From: Candidatus Kapaibacterium sp.
GTDB lineage: Bacteria > Bacteroidota > Ignavibacteria > Kapaibacteriales > UBA2268
NCBI GenBank assembly: GCA_963665665.1
Contig: OY762428.1
Span: 3,904,001-3,968,000 of the forward strand
Direction of reading: 5' to 3'
DNA: 64,000 nt
Position 1 is the stretch's first letter. Each line of letters begins with the position of its first letter. The notes under the pieces were generated by a model. The model was not told where the DNA came from, made no database searches, and was given only the letters and a program-made list of their open reading frames with translations. Shown piece by piece: positions 42,655 through 52,612 of this stretch. Both the position numbers and the translations under genes were made by a program.

Positions 42655-43998
42655 TTATTTCTCGTTCAATTCAAAATTATCCAGGAATTTCTGCAGGAAG
42701 TAATTATCTTCAAAATCATCATCGGGGCACAATATCTGCAAAATATATATTTTATTTCCATTTTCAACTGACAGGGTATACTCGTATAATTCATTTTCCC
42801 TTTCAATAATAACTTCCCGTGCCGGGTATTTATCATGAAATAAAATTTCATCTTCATCATCAATTTTATTATCAGTGCCGGCAATTTTTGTTTTTTGGAT
42901 AAACTGGTCAATCATCGGGTCAGGGTTTGTACCGTCGGGCATGCCGATGGAAGTTATATAATAAGCTTTATTATTATCGCCCTTTATAGGAACCGAAGCA
43001 TGATTATAGAAGAATACATCACCGCCTATGCTTTTCCGGTTTTCTGTTTCTTCAGGAGCTGTCGGAAACAAAGCTGAAAATCCCGCAGGAATAAAATCAA
43101 ATTTCTCCCATTTCACGAAATCCCTTCCTGTCAGTTCAAGTTCCTCATCGTATCCCACGGACCTGACGGCGTAGCCTTTCATTTTCAAAATATTCAGAAT
43201 TCCCTCATCCCCGGCAAGGTGTGCTGCCCCGACAACTGCAAAGCATGGCATTTTTTGGGATAGCTCGTCTATTCTCTCAGCCATTTTCCTGTTTCTTTTT
43301 CCAAGCAAAACTGATGACATCTCGCTGCCAGTTCTGGATTTTATAATCCTTTCATGCAGGCCGCCAATATCCTCATCAATGTAGTACTCCAGGTTTGCTT
43401 CGGATTCCTCAAGGTAATTGTCAGGGTTTTTAAAGAAATTATAATAGAATGACATTGGTATTTTATCAATAGTACCAATCTGATCGCCCAATTCTTCAAG
43501 GCCCTCAATTATCAGTCCCTTCTCCTCTGCTTTTAACTTCAGAAATCCATCTATAGTTTCCGGAAAATCGCTTTTCTGTATAACCTTGCGAATAAAATTA
43601 TAAACAGCAAAAAGCCTGAATTGGCCGAACAGGTCAGGCTCCTTTTTAAGATATTTTTTAATTGCCGCTGCCATTGGATTATAAATAGAATCGGGGAGAA
43701 TATTGATCAGCCTCTCGTTATTATCAAGATACATCGCACGCCCGGCAGCATCCGTTTCCTCGTCGCTTAGGCTAAGTTCCGGTGAAAACACTTTACATTT
43801 TCCAAGGCAAATCAGAACAGAATCGCCAAATTCAAAAGCCCTTTTATCCTTCACGTGCATACTGCCGAATACATAAGATTTGTGGTTTTGGTTTTCCTTC
43901 GAAATTTCCCAGAGCAGAGAGTTCTCAATTTCATCAGATAATAACAATCCTGAAGAAAAAATAATCAGTACGAATATTGTTTTGAAAAGTTGATTCAT
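42655..43998 (-). CDS. TraB/GumN family protein with C-terminal extension
   Basis: SLLWEIS...SYVFGSMH, GLE...Q, LLGKRN..M, VVGAAHL.G..GI; signal peptide from MNQLFK. Confidence 0.9.
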   Translation of the reverse strand: MNQLFKTIFVLIIFSSGLLLSDEIENSLLWEISKENQNHKSYVFGSMHVKDKRAFEFGDSVLICLGKCKVFSPELSLSDEETDAAGRAMYLDNNERLINILPDSIYNPMAAAIKKYLKKEPDLFGQFRLFAVYNFIRKVIQKSDFPETIDGFLKLKAEEKGLIIEGLEELGDQIGTIDKIPMSFYYNFFKNPDNYLEESEANLEYYIDEDIGGLHERIIKSRTGSEMSSVLLGKRNRKMAERIDELSQKMPCFAVVGAAHLAGDEGILNILKMKGYAVRSVGYDEELELTGRDFVKWEKFDFIPAGFSALFPTAPEETENRKSIGGDVFFYNHASVPIKGDNNKAYYITSIGMPDGTNPDPMIDQFIQKTKIAGTDNKIDDEDEILFHDKYPAREVIIERENELYEYTLSVENGNKIYILQILCPDDDFEDNYFLQKFLDNFELNEK

Positions 43999-44494
43999 GT
44001 AATTCAATTTTATAATTTCTAATTTCAAATTTCCTGATCAATAGAATTTAGTATTTATAAGCCCTGCCAATCAATTGAAATCAGGGTGCTTAGTGTACTT
44101 TAATTCAGAATTCTTTTTTTAAATATAATCCTGCAATATTTATATCTCAATTATTATCAAATTTTAGTATTAGTAACATACAAAATCATACAATATTTCA
44201 TACAAATTTAACAAAAGGAAAGAAAAAAGTATAATAATTTGGGTTAAATATTGGCCATCGTATTGTTTTAAAGGAATAATCTTTTTTAGCCTGTGCCCTG
44301 AAGGTGACAGAAACAGATTATTCAAAAATATTCAGCCTGTCCGGCAATGGATAGTCTTTGTGCAAGTTTATCTAAATTATAACTACCACAGCTTATCAGT
44401 ATTTCGTATCTTTGTACTTTCCGAAAATTTGAAAAACGTATGAATTGAAAATAGATAAAATGAAGCAGATCAAGATATTTTGAAAGGATTTTAA

Positions 44495-46417
44495 ATGGCA
44501 AAGTTTCAGTTTAAGCCGTTCGAGGAAATGACCGAAGACGATTACAGGGAGATCGGCTTTAAATCCGGGCTGGAAGTGCATCAGCAGCTTCTTACCGAGA
44601 AAAAACTATTCTGCCGCTGTCCTGCAGGCAGGTACTCCAAAGAATATAACGCGGAAATTCTCCGCCACATGAGGCCCACGCTTTCCGAGCTTGGCGAATA
44701 TGACGGCACAGCCCTCATGGAATTTAAAACAAAGAAAAATATTACTTACAGAATTAACCGCGAAACAGTATGTACCTACGAAATGGACGATACACCGCCT
44801 TTCGAAATAAATGAACAGGCTTTGGACATCGCTTTTGAAATTGGTATGCTGCTTGACGCAACGCTGGTGGACGAGCTTCATATTGCCAGGAAGCAGTATC
44901 TGGACGGATCAATTCCTACAGGGTTTCAGCGTACAGCTATTACATGCGTTAACGGTGAAGTTCCTTACAAAGACAGAATTATTCACATTATTCAGATGTC
45001 GATAGAAGAGGACTCATGCCGTGAAGCTTCTGATTTGGGCCATGAGAGAATTTATCTGACCGACCGGCTTGGAACTCCCCTGATTGAAACGGTTACTGCT
45101 CCTGAAATGAAAACACCTCAGGAAGTTGCCGAAGTAAACCAGATATTGCGTAAGCTGGTACGTTCAACAGGGCACGTTCGTACTGGTATTGGCGCCGGCC
45201 GCCAGGATGTTAACGTCAGCGTTACAGGTGGAACAAGAATCGAGATCAAGGGCGTTTCAAGAATTCCTTATATTCCACGCCTGACTTATAACGAAGCAAT
45301 GAGGCAGTGGAACCTGTTATTGCTCAGGGATGAACTTCATTCCCGCGGAATTACGGAAGAAACTTTCAAAGCTGATTATACTGACGTAACAAAAGCACTT
45401 AAGAAAACTCTTTACAAACCTGTTCACCAGGCTATTGCAGATGGTAAAACAGTTAACTGCGTAGCGCTGAAAGGATATAAAGGACTTCTTAACTGGCAAA
45501 CACAGACAGATACTTATTTCTCGAAGGAAATATCCGACAGGGTAAGGGTGATTGCATGTATTTCTGAAATACCAAACATTCTTCATTCGGATACCCCGAT
45601 GGACTCCATTTCCACAGCCGAATGGCAAAAGCTCAGGAAACAGATGGAAGCCGATGAAAATGATACTCTCGTTTTGGTTTGGGGATGCCCGGGCGATGCA
45701 GAGACAGGCGCTAAAGAAATTATTATCCGCGCTAAGGAAGCAACAATTGGTATTCCTTCGGAAACCAGGCAGGCTCTGAGGGACGGAACAAATGGCTTTG
45801 AACGTATACTGCCGGGCCCGGAAAGAATGTATCCGGATACCGACCTTCCGCCAAAACGCATAACAGAAGACAGAAAAGCAAGACTCAGGGAAGGACTCCC
45901 GAAATATTTCTGGGACAACATGAAATGGTATTACGAACTCGGTATTCCTGAAGATACAATCGAGCCTCTCTCCTATTCAAAATATGCTCCTCTGTTCGAA
46001 AAACTTGTGAAAGAGCACGAAGTCAGCCCGGTTCTTGCTGCCGTGGTATTAGTTCAAAATATCAAGCGACTGAAAAAACAGGGACTGGATATATTGAAAC
46101 TGACCGACGACATCCTTGAAAATATTTTAATCCTGAATAAAGACGGCCTGCTGCCGGCGGATGCCATTCTTTTTGCAATGCGGGATGCTGTTAAAACAGG
46201 AAAATTTGACAAGGAAATGATCCCCGAAGCAATAAAAGAAGATCAGCTTGAAAAAGAATTTGGCGCAGCTGACAGGAAATTCGGCGACATGGAGATAATC
46301 AATCCGCAAAGCAAACACAAAATCATGGCAGGAATAATGATGGAAGGGCTTCGCTACAGGATTGAAGCAGCTAAAGTTAATGAATTTTTGAAAAATAAAC
46401 TGAACGGGGAGGGCTGA
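44495..46417 (+). CDS. gatE: Glu-tRNA(Gln) amidotransferase subunit E (archaeal type)
   Basis: GLEVHQQL..KKLFCRCP, RPTLSELGEYD, DGSIPTGFQRT, DRLGTPLIE, RQDVNVS..GG.RIEIKGV, ILHSD insertion domain, PGPERMYPDTDLP; 640 aa, longer than GatB. Confidence 0.93.
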   Translation: MAKFQFKPFEEMTEDDYREIGFKSGLEVHQQLLTEKKLFCRCPAGRYSKEYNAEILRHMRPTLSELGEYDGTALMEFKTKKNITYRINRETVCTYEMDDTPPFEINEQALDIAFEIGMLLDATLVDELHIARKQYLDGSIPTGFQRTAITCVNGEVPYKDRIIHIIQMSIEEDSCREASDLGHERIYLTDRLGTPLIETVTAPEMKTPQEVAEVNQILRKLVRSTGHVRTGIGAGRQDVNVSVTGGTRIEIKGVSRIPYIPRLTYNEAMRQWNLLLLRDELHSRGITEETFKADYTDVTKALKKTLYKPVHQAIADGKTVNCVALKGYKGLLNWQTQTDTYFSKEISDRVRVIACISEIPNILHSDTPMDSISTAEWQKLRKQMEADENDTLVLVWGCPGDAETGAKEIIIRAKEATIGIPSETRQALRDGTNGFERILPGPERMYPDTDLPPKRITEDRKARLREGLPKYFWDNMKWYYELGIPEDTIEPLSYSKYAPLFEKLVKEHEVSPVLAAVVLVQNIKRLKKQGLDILKLTDDILENILILNKDGLLPADAILFAMRDAVKTGKFDKEMIPEAIKEDQLEKEFGAADRKFGDMEIINPQSKHKIMAGIMMEGLRYRIEAAKVNEFLKNKLNGEG

Positions 46418-46418
46418 T

Positions 46419-47810
46419 ATGTCTGTAAGTGAAGATTATAAAGGCTACTGGGGCAAAGTGCTCGAAACCCTGCAAAAATTTGAAGCAAAAGTATGGAGCG
46501 ACGTTGAAATATTTACTAATGCGGATGACCACTATATCGGCCTTATTCTGCCACGTTCCGAAACTGCTGACGACCTGCACGTTGTTTTGAAGCTTCGTAC
46601 CGGATATAATGTTGGCATAGCAGTTGAAAAAATTACTGATATTAAAATAAACGGCCGTAAGATTGCCAATTATAAAATTCCGGAACAGGAATTCCCGACA
46701 GATCCTGTGAAACCGAGAGTAAAACTTTTCGGTACCGGCGGAACTATTGCCAGCCGCCTGGACTATCGTACAGGCGCGGTTATACCGGCATTCTCGCCCG
46801 GCGAACTTTATGGTTCGGTGCCGGAACTTGCAGATTATTGCAACCTTGAAACAGAAAAATTATACGGCGTTTTCAGCGAGAATATGGGCCCGGACCAGTG
46901 GAAAGGTACTGCCGAAGCCATTGCAGCCGAAATTGAAAAAGGCGTGCAGGGAATTGTTATCGGGCATGGGACAGATACAATGCACCATACCGCTGCAATT
47001 CTTTCATTCATGATCCAGAACTCGCCGGTTCCTATCGTGATGGTAGGTTCGCAGCGTTCCAGCGACAGGCCGTCGTCCGATGCCGCGCTAAACCTGATCC
47101 ACTCGATAAAAACAGCCTCCGAGTCCGATATAGCTGAAGTAATGGTTTGCATGTTCGGCCCGACTTCAGACACTTACGGCCTGCTGCACCGCGGTACAAG
47201 AGTTAGGAAAATGCACTCCAGCTACCGTTCTACTTTCCGTACAATCGGCGATATTCCTATCGCAATGGTTGACAAGGAAAACATCACACCCATAAGGAAT
47301 GACTACAAACGCAGAAGGCACGACAAAGACTTTATTCTGAAGCCTTATTTCGAGGAAAAAGTAGGGATTCTCTATTATTATCCCAACATGCAGCCTGATA
47401 TGGTGGACATGATGATTGATAATGGCTATAAAGGTATCGTATTTGCCGGAACAGGACTCGGCCATGTGAACAAACCGCTTTACGCAGCGCTGAAACGCGC
47501 TCAGGACAAGGGTGTTGCTGTTTACATGACTGTTCAGACCCTCTGGGGTTACGTGCAGATGTACGTTTACGAAACAGGGCGCGAAATGATGGAACTCGGC
47601 GTTGTGCCTACAGCCAACATGCTTCCCGAAGTTGCTTACATGAAACTTGCATGGGCGCTCGGCCAAACCGACGACCTTGAGAAAGTAAAAGATATAATGC
47701 TCACTCCGGTTGCAGGAGAAATAACCGAACGCGAACCGAGCAACGGTTACCTGATATACCAGGGCGGCATTCCCGAAGTGGAAGAATTTATTTCCAAATA
47801 CAGGAAATAA
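46419..47810 (+). CDS. gatD: Glu-tRNA(Gln) amidotransferase subunit D (asparaginase-like glutaminase)
   Basis: N-terminal VLKLRTGYNVG domain, TGGTIASRLDYRTGAV, SENM, HGTDTM, GSQRSSDRPSSD, GTRVRKMHSS.R, MLPEVAYMKLAW. Confidence 0.95.
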   Translation: MSVSEDYKGYWGKVLETLQKFEAKVWSDVEIFTNADDHYIGLILPRSETADDLHVVLKLRTGYNVGIAVEKITDIKINGRKIANYKIPEQEFPTDPVKPRVKLFGTGGTIASRLDYRTGAVIPAFSPGELYGSVPELADYCNLETEKLYGVFSENMGPDQWKGTAEAIAAEIEKGVQGIVIGHGTDTMHHTAAILSFMIQNSPVPIVMVGSQRSSDRPSSDAALNLIHSIKTASESDIAEVMVCMFGPTSDTYGLLHRGTRVRKMHSSYRSTFRTIGDIPIAMVDKENITPIRNDYKRRRHDKDFILKPYFEEKVGILYYYPNMQPDMVDMMIDNGYKGIVFAGTGLGHVNKPLYAALKRAQDKGVAVYMTVQTLWGYVQMYVYETGREMMELGVVPTANMLPEVAYMKLAWALGQTDDLEKVKDIMLTPVAGEITEREPSNGYLIYQGGIPEVEEFISKYRK

Positions 47811-47831
47811 CAAAAACCGCCATATATTTAT

Positions 47832-47869
47832 ACTCATCCGATGATTTCTTTCGTCGGGTGAGTTTTTTT
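47832..47869 (+). terminator. Intrinsic terminator of the gatED operon
   Basis: ACTCATCCGATGA-loop-TCGTCGGGTGAGT followed by a T-run. Confidence 0.85.
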
Positions 47870-47950
47870 ATTATTCAACAGCTCGAAACATTAATACCGT
47901 ACTTCCGCGTAAAAACCTAAGAATTAGTAAAAGCGCTGGCGTTTGCAAAT

Positions 47951-48056
47951 TGTCATCCGCCTGTCCCGACTCGTCGGGGCCGTCGGGTGACATGGCGGTA
48001 TATCTTTTATTGTCCCCCGCTGGCGGGGGTGACCGTTAGGCCGGGGGTGGACTCTT
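47951..48056. repeat. GC-rich REP-like palindromes left of the tandem array
   Basis: TGTCATCCG...CGGGTGACA with internal CCCGACTCGTCGGG; TCCCCCGCTGGCGGGGG...GGGGTGGACTCTT. Confidence 0.65.
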
Positions 48057-48311
48057 CAATCCGTAAATCCGAAGAAGCTTGCGACTGAAAAATCCATATT
48101 CCTAACCCTCCTGCCCGATAACTTAACCCACAGCAACAGCAACGATACAGGAACAAGAAACATTTGCGGGAATAATAAAGATTGATTAAGTTCCGGTAAT
48201 CAATAACAATGCGAAAAAGTTTGAGACCAAATTGAATTTGATATGTTACTAACTATATATAAATAATACTACCCGATGGTAGTAATGTAAAAACAATTAT
48301 AGGGCTTTACC

Positions 48312-49571
48312 ATGAAGAAACTAATTTTACTGGCAGCAATTTTATCATTTTTATTTTCTGCCGGGGCAAGGGCACAGGCCGATTCCCTCGTGATGTGGAC
48401 TTATGGAAATACAAGGTTTTCAACACAGCCGCGAGTACATCCCAACGGCAATGTTTTCATCGGAGATAATCAGGCAAATATAATGGAAATTGACGGTTTA
48501 ACAGGAGAACTTATAAGAAAAATAGCTTTGCCTGCCGGAACAACAAGTTTGGAATTGTCTTTGGATGGTTCGAAAATGGCGGCGGCAGGATATATAATTG
48601 ATGTAGAAAGTGGAGAAGTAATTAAAGCACATCCTGAAGCTTACAAGATAAAATTTCTCCATCCTGACAATTCTAAAATTATTTATGCACCTTTTAATCA
48701 GGCAGAATACAACTTCTTTGTATGGGATATTGAAACCGGGGAATCAGAAAGTTTTGATATCGGAAAAAAATTAATAACTGCGCTGGAAGTATCAAATAAC
48801 GGCAAATTCTTTGCAATTGCAACATTGGAAACCGGATACGATGACGAAGAACACACCCACTTCTACCTTTTCGATGCGCAAACAATGCAGTTTATTAAGG
48901 AACTGGAAGACTATCCTGACAATGGCAGAAGAATTGAGTATATTCAGTTTTCTGAAAATGCTAAGTATGTATGTTATGGGCAAAACAGGTTAGGTTCAAT
49001 AAAAGGTTCATTTTTCTTAACGGAAGCACCGTATTCCAAGTGGATGTTAATAACAGAAACAACCCCGCCTAAAGGTTTTTGGGGTTTAGGTCTGATTGAT
49101 GATAATTATGTTTTTGCAACATCAGATAATGGGCTTGATTTTTATTCAATTATATGGGATATTGATAATGAAAAAGAAATATATTTTTCATCAGAATATG
49201 GTTCTTCAAATCCGCTATACAACTATGCAGCTAAAAATATAATTGTACACGATAATGGAAATCGTACTATTGTCGCCCTTGATTTCGAAAAAATCCTGAG
49301 TACCGTAGGCGTTAAAGATGAGTTGGATACAAACGCGTTCAGGGCTGAATACTCGGGCGGCATACTGACAATAAACGGACTTGAAAGCCAAAGCGTAGAA
49401 ATCAACCTTACAATTAATAATATTCAGGGGGAAGTGGTTTTTTCTCAAAATATCGCTGCTGTTCATGGCTCGCAAATATCGTTGTCCGTATCATTGCCCT
49501 CGGGGGTTTATATTGCCCGAATCAGGACGGGAGAAAATAATTATTCCTCAAAATTTTTAGTGGTGAACTAA
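48312..49571 (+). CDS. Secreted WD40/YVTN-like beta-propeller protein with T9SS-like tail, copy 1 (block type AAAA)
   Basis: Signal peptide ...ARA-Q, repeats such as LELSLDGSK, LEVSNNGKF, IQFSENAKY, WDIE; tail LPSGVYIARI...SKFLVVN. Confidence 0.85.
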   Translation: MKKLILLAAILSFLFSAGARAQADSLVMWTYGNTRFSTQPRVHPNGNVFIGDNQANIMEIDGLTGELIRKIALPAGTTSLELSLDGSKMAAAGYIIDVESGEVIKAHPEAYKIKFLHPDNSKIIYAPFNQAEYNFFVWDIETGESESFDIGKKLITALEVSNNGKFFAIATLETGYDDEEHTHFYLFDAQTMQFIKELEDYPDNGRRIEYIQFSENAKYVCYGQNRLGSIKGSFFLTEAPYSKWMLITETTPPKGFWGLGLIDDNYVFATSDNGLDFYSIIWDIDNEKEIYFSSEYGSSNPLYNYAAKNIIVHDNGNRTIVALDFEKILSTVGVKDELDTNAFRAEYSGGILTINGLESQSVEINLTINNIQGEVVFSQNIAAVHGSQISLSVSLPSGVYIARIRTGENNYSSKFLVVN

Positions 49572-49739
49572 CTCCGCCCCCGCTTTCAGCGCTGACAGGT
49601 TCAACATTGAAAGCGGCGGCTGGAAAAATGAAGAAAAAGCAGGGAATATTGAGACCAAATTGAATTTGATATGTTACTAACTATATATAAATAATACTAC
49701 CCGATGGTAGTAATGTAAAAACAATTATAGGGCTTTACC

Positions 49740-51008
49740 ATGAAAAAACTAATTTTACTGGCAGCGTTTTTATCATTCTTATTTTCTGCCGGGGCAAGGG
49801 CGCAGGCCGATTCCCTCGTGATGTGGACTAATAATGAGGTTCAATTCCACTCCATGCCTGCAATTCATCCCAACGGGAACGTGTTGATACGAAGCCATTA
49901 CGATATCCTGGAAATTAACGGTTTAACCGGCGAAATTATGAGGAATATCAATGTTCCTTTTACAGGTATTGTTAGCGATTGGATTGATATTTCTAAGGAT
50001 GGCACACGTTTCGTAGCTTGCCGGAAGATCGTTAATTTTGAGACAGGGGAAATTATCGGAGAACTGCCGGAGGAAACTGCAATTGTAAAATTTCTCCATC
50101 CTGACAATTCTAAAATTATTTATGCACCTTTTAATCAGGCAGAATACAACTTCTTTGTATGGGATATTGAAACCGGGGAATCAGAAGGTTTTGATATCGG
50201 AAAAAAATTAATAACTGCGCTGGAAGTATCAAATAACGGCAAATTCTTTGCAATTGCAACATTGGAAACCGGATACGATGAAGAAGAACACACCCACTTC
50301 TACCTTTTCGATGCGCAAACAATGCAGTTTATTAAGGAGCTTGAAGACTACCCTGCCAATGGCAGGACAATTGAGTATATTCAGTTTTCTGAAAATGCTA
50401 AATATGTATGTTATGGGCAAAACAGGTTAGGTTCAATAAAAGGTTCATTTTTCTTAACGGAAGCACCGTATTCCAAGTGGATGTTAATAACAGAAACAAC
50501 CCCGCCTAAAGGTTTTTGGGGTTTAGGTCTGATTGATGATAATTATGTTTTTGCAACATCAGATAATGGGCTTGATTTTTATTCAATTATATGGGATATT
50601 GATAATGAAAAAGAAATATATTTTTCATCAGAATATGGCTCTTCAAATCCGCTATACAACTATGCAGCTAAAAATATAATTGTACACGATAATGGAAATC
50701 GTACTATTGTCGCCCTTGATTTCGAAAAAATCCTGAGTACCGTAGGCGTTAAAGATGAGTTGGATACAAACGCGTTCAGGGCTGAATACTCGGGCGGCAT
50801 ACTGACAATAAACGGACTTGAAAGCCAAAGCGTAGAAATCAACCTTACAATTAATAATATTCAGGGGGAAGTGGTTTTTTCTCAAAATATCGCTGCTGTT
50901 CATGGCTCGCAAATATCGTTGCCCGTATCATTGCCCTCGGGGGTTTATATTGCCCGAATCAGGACGGGAGAAAATAATTATTCCTCAAAATTTTTAGTGG
51001 TGAACTAA
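49740..51008 (+). CDS. Beta-propeller/T9SS paralogue, copy 2 (BAAA)
   Basis: N-terminal block like copy 3, remainder like copy 1. Confidence 0.85.
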   Translation: MKKLILLAAFLSFLFSAGARAQADSLVMWTNNEVQFHSMPAIHPNGNVLIRSHYDILEINGLTGEIMRNINVPFTGIVSDWIDISKDGTRFVACRKIVNFETGEIIGELPEETAIVKFLHPDNSKIIYAPFNQAEYNFFVWDIETGESEGFDIGKKLITALEVSNNGKFFAIATLETGYDEEEHTHFYLFDAQTMQFIKELEDYPANGRTIEYIQFSENAKYVCYGQNRLGSIKGSFFLTEAPYSKWMLITETTPPKGFWGLGLIDDNYVFATSDNGLDFYSIIWDIDNEKEIYFSSEYGSSNPLYNYAAKNIIVHDNGNRTIVALDFEKILSTVGVKDELDTNAFRAEYSGGILTINGLESQSVEINLTINNIQGEVVFSQNIAAVHGSQISLPVSLPSGVYIARIRTGENNYSSKFLVVN

Positions 51009-51175
51009 CTCCGCCCCCGCTTTCAGCGCTGACAGGTTCAACATTGAAAGCGGCGGCTGGAAAAATGAAGAAAAAAAGCCGGGAATAATGAGACCAAATT
51101 GAATTTGATATGTTACTATGAATACAAAAACTACCCCTTATGGTAGTAATGTAAAAACAATTATGGGGCTTTACC

Positions 51176-52444
51176 ATGAAAAAACTAATTTTACTGGCAG
51201 CAATTTTATCATTTTTATTTTCCACCGGGGCAAGGGCGCAGGCCGATTCCCTCGTGATGTGGACTAATAATGAGGTATCATTCCACTCCATGCCTGCAAT
51301 TCATCCCAACGGGAACGTGTTGATACGAAGCCATTACGATATCCTGGAAATTAACGGTTTAACCGGCGAAATTATAAGAAATATCAATGTTCCTTTTACA
51401 GGCTATATTAGCGATTTGATTGATATTTCTACGGACGGCACACGTTTCGTAGCTTGCCGGAAAATCGTTGATTTCGAGACAGGGGAAATTATCGGAGAAC
51501 TGCCGGAGGAAACTGCATACGTTAAATTTTTTCATCCGAATAATAATTTGTTGATCTACAAAATAAATACTCTGGAAAATAACCGCTGGTTTATCATGAA
51601 TATTGATCAGGGTAATTCAATTATAGTTGAAAATTTGTCGAATTATACAACAGCCTTTGAAGTATCACTTGACGGCAGGTTTTTAGCACTTGCAACATTA
51701 GAAAACTACGACACAGAAGATGAATCTACCTACTTCTACCTTTTCGATGCGCAAACAATGCAGTTTATCAAGGAGCTTGAAGACTACCCTGCCAATGGCA
51801 GAAGAATTGAGTATATTCAGTTTTCTGAAAATGCTAAATATGTAAGTTATGGACTTAATCATTCTGGCTCACCAAAAGCTGCCATTTTTTTAACGGAAAC
51901 GCCGTATTCAGGGTGGATATTAAAAACTGAAACAACTCCGCCCAAAGGATTTTATGGATTAGGTATGATTGGTGATAAATATGTTTTTGCAACATCAGCT
52001 ATTGGAAATGATTTTCATTCAATTATATGGGATATTGATAATGAAAAAGAAATATATTTTTCATCAGAATATGGTTCTTCAAATCCGCTATACAACTATG
52101 CAGCTAAAAATATAATTGTACACGATAATGGAAATTATACATTAGTCGCCCTTGATTTCGAAAAAATCCTTAGTACCGTGGGCGTTAAAGAAGAAGAGGA
52201 TGCAAACGCGTTCAGGGCTGAATACTCGGGCGGCATATTGACAATAAACGGGCTTGAAAGCCAAAGCGTAGAAATCAACCTTACAATTAATAATATTCAG
52301 GGGGAATTAGTATTTTCTCAAAATATTGCTGCTGTTCATGGCTCGCAAATATCGTTGCCCGTATCATTGCCCTCGGGGGTTTATATTGCCCGGATCAGGA
52401 CGAGAGAAAATAATTATTCCTCTAAATTTTTGGTGGTTAATTAA
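51176..52444 (+). CDS. Beta-propeller/T9SS paralogue, copy 3 (BBBB)
   Basis: Alternative sequence in all four variable blocks. Confidence 0.85.
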   Translation: MKKLILLAAILSFLFSTGARAQADSLVMWTNNEVSFHSMPAIHPNGNVLIRSHYDILEINGLTGEIIRNINVPFTGYISDLIDISTDGTRFVACRKIVDFETGEIIGELPEETAYVKFFHPNNNLLIYKINTLENNRWFIMNIDQGNSIIVENLSNYTTAFEVSLDGRFLALATLENYDTEDESTYFYLFDAQTMQFIKELEDYPANGRRIEYIQFSENAKYVSYGLNHSGSPKAAIFLTETPYSGWILKTETTPPKGFYGLGMIGDKYVFATSAIGNDFHSIIWDIDNEKEIYFSSEYGSSNPLYNYAAKNIIVHDNGNYTLVALDFEKILSTVGVKEEEDANAFRAEYSGGILTINGLESQSVEINLTINNIQGELVFSQNIAAVHGSQISLPVSLPSGVYIARIRTRENNYSSKFLVVN

Positions 52445-52612
52445 CCCCGCCCCCGCTTTCAGCGCTGACAGGTTCAACATTGAAAGCGGCGGCTGGAAAA
52501 ATGAAGAAAAAGCAGGGAATATTGAGACCAAATTGAATTTGATATGTTACTAACTATATATAAATAATACTACCCGATGGTAGTAATGTAAAAACAATTA
52601 TAGGGCTTTACC

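Noticed and set aside
44495-47810. Ordinary bacterial GatB plus L-asparaginase
   Set aside because: Length, insertion domain, GatD N-terminal domain and signature motifs fit GatE and GatD; no gatA or gatC is adjacent.
47166-47837. Long antisense ORFs (also 60048-60779 and 28983-29531)
   Set aside because: Shadows of well-supported genes on the opposite strand.
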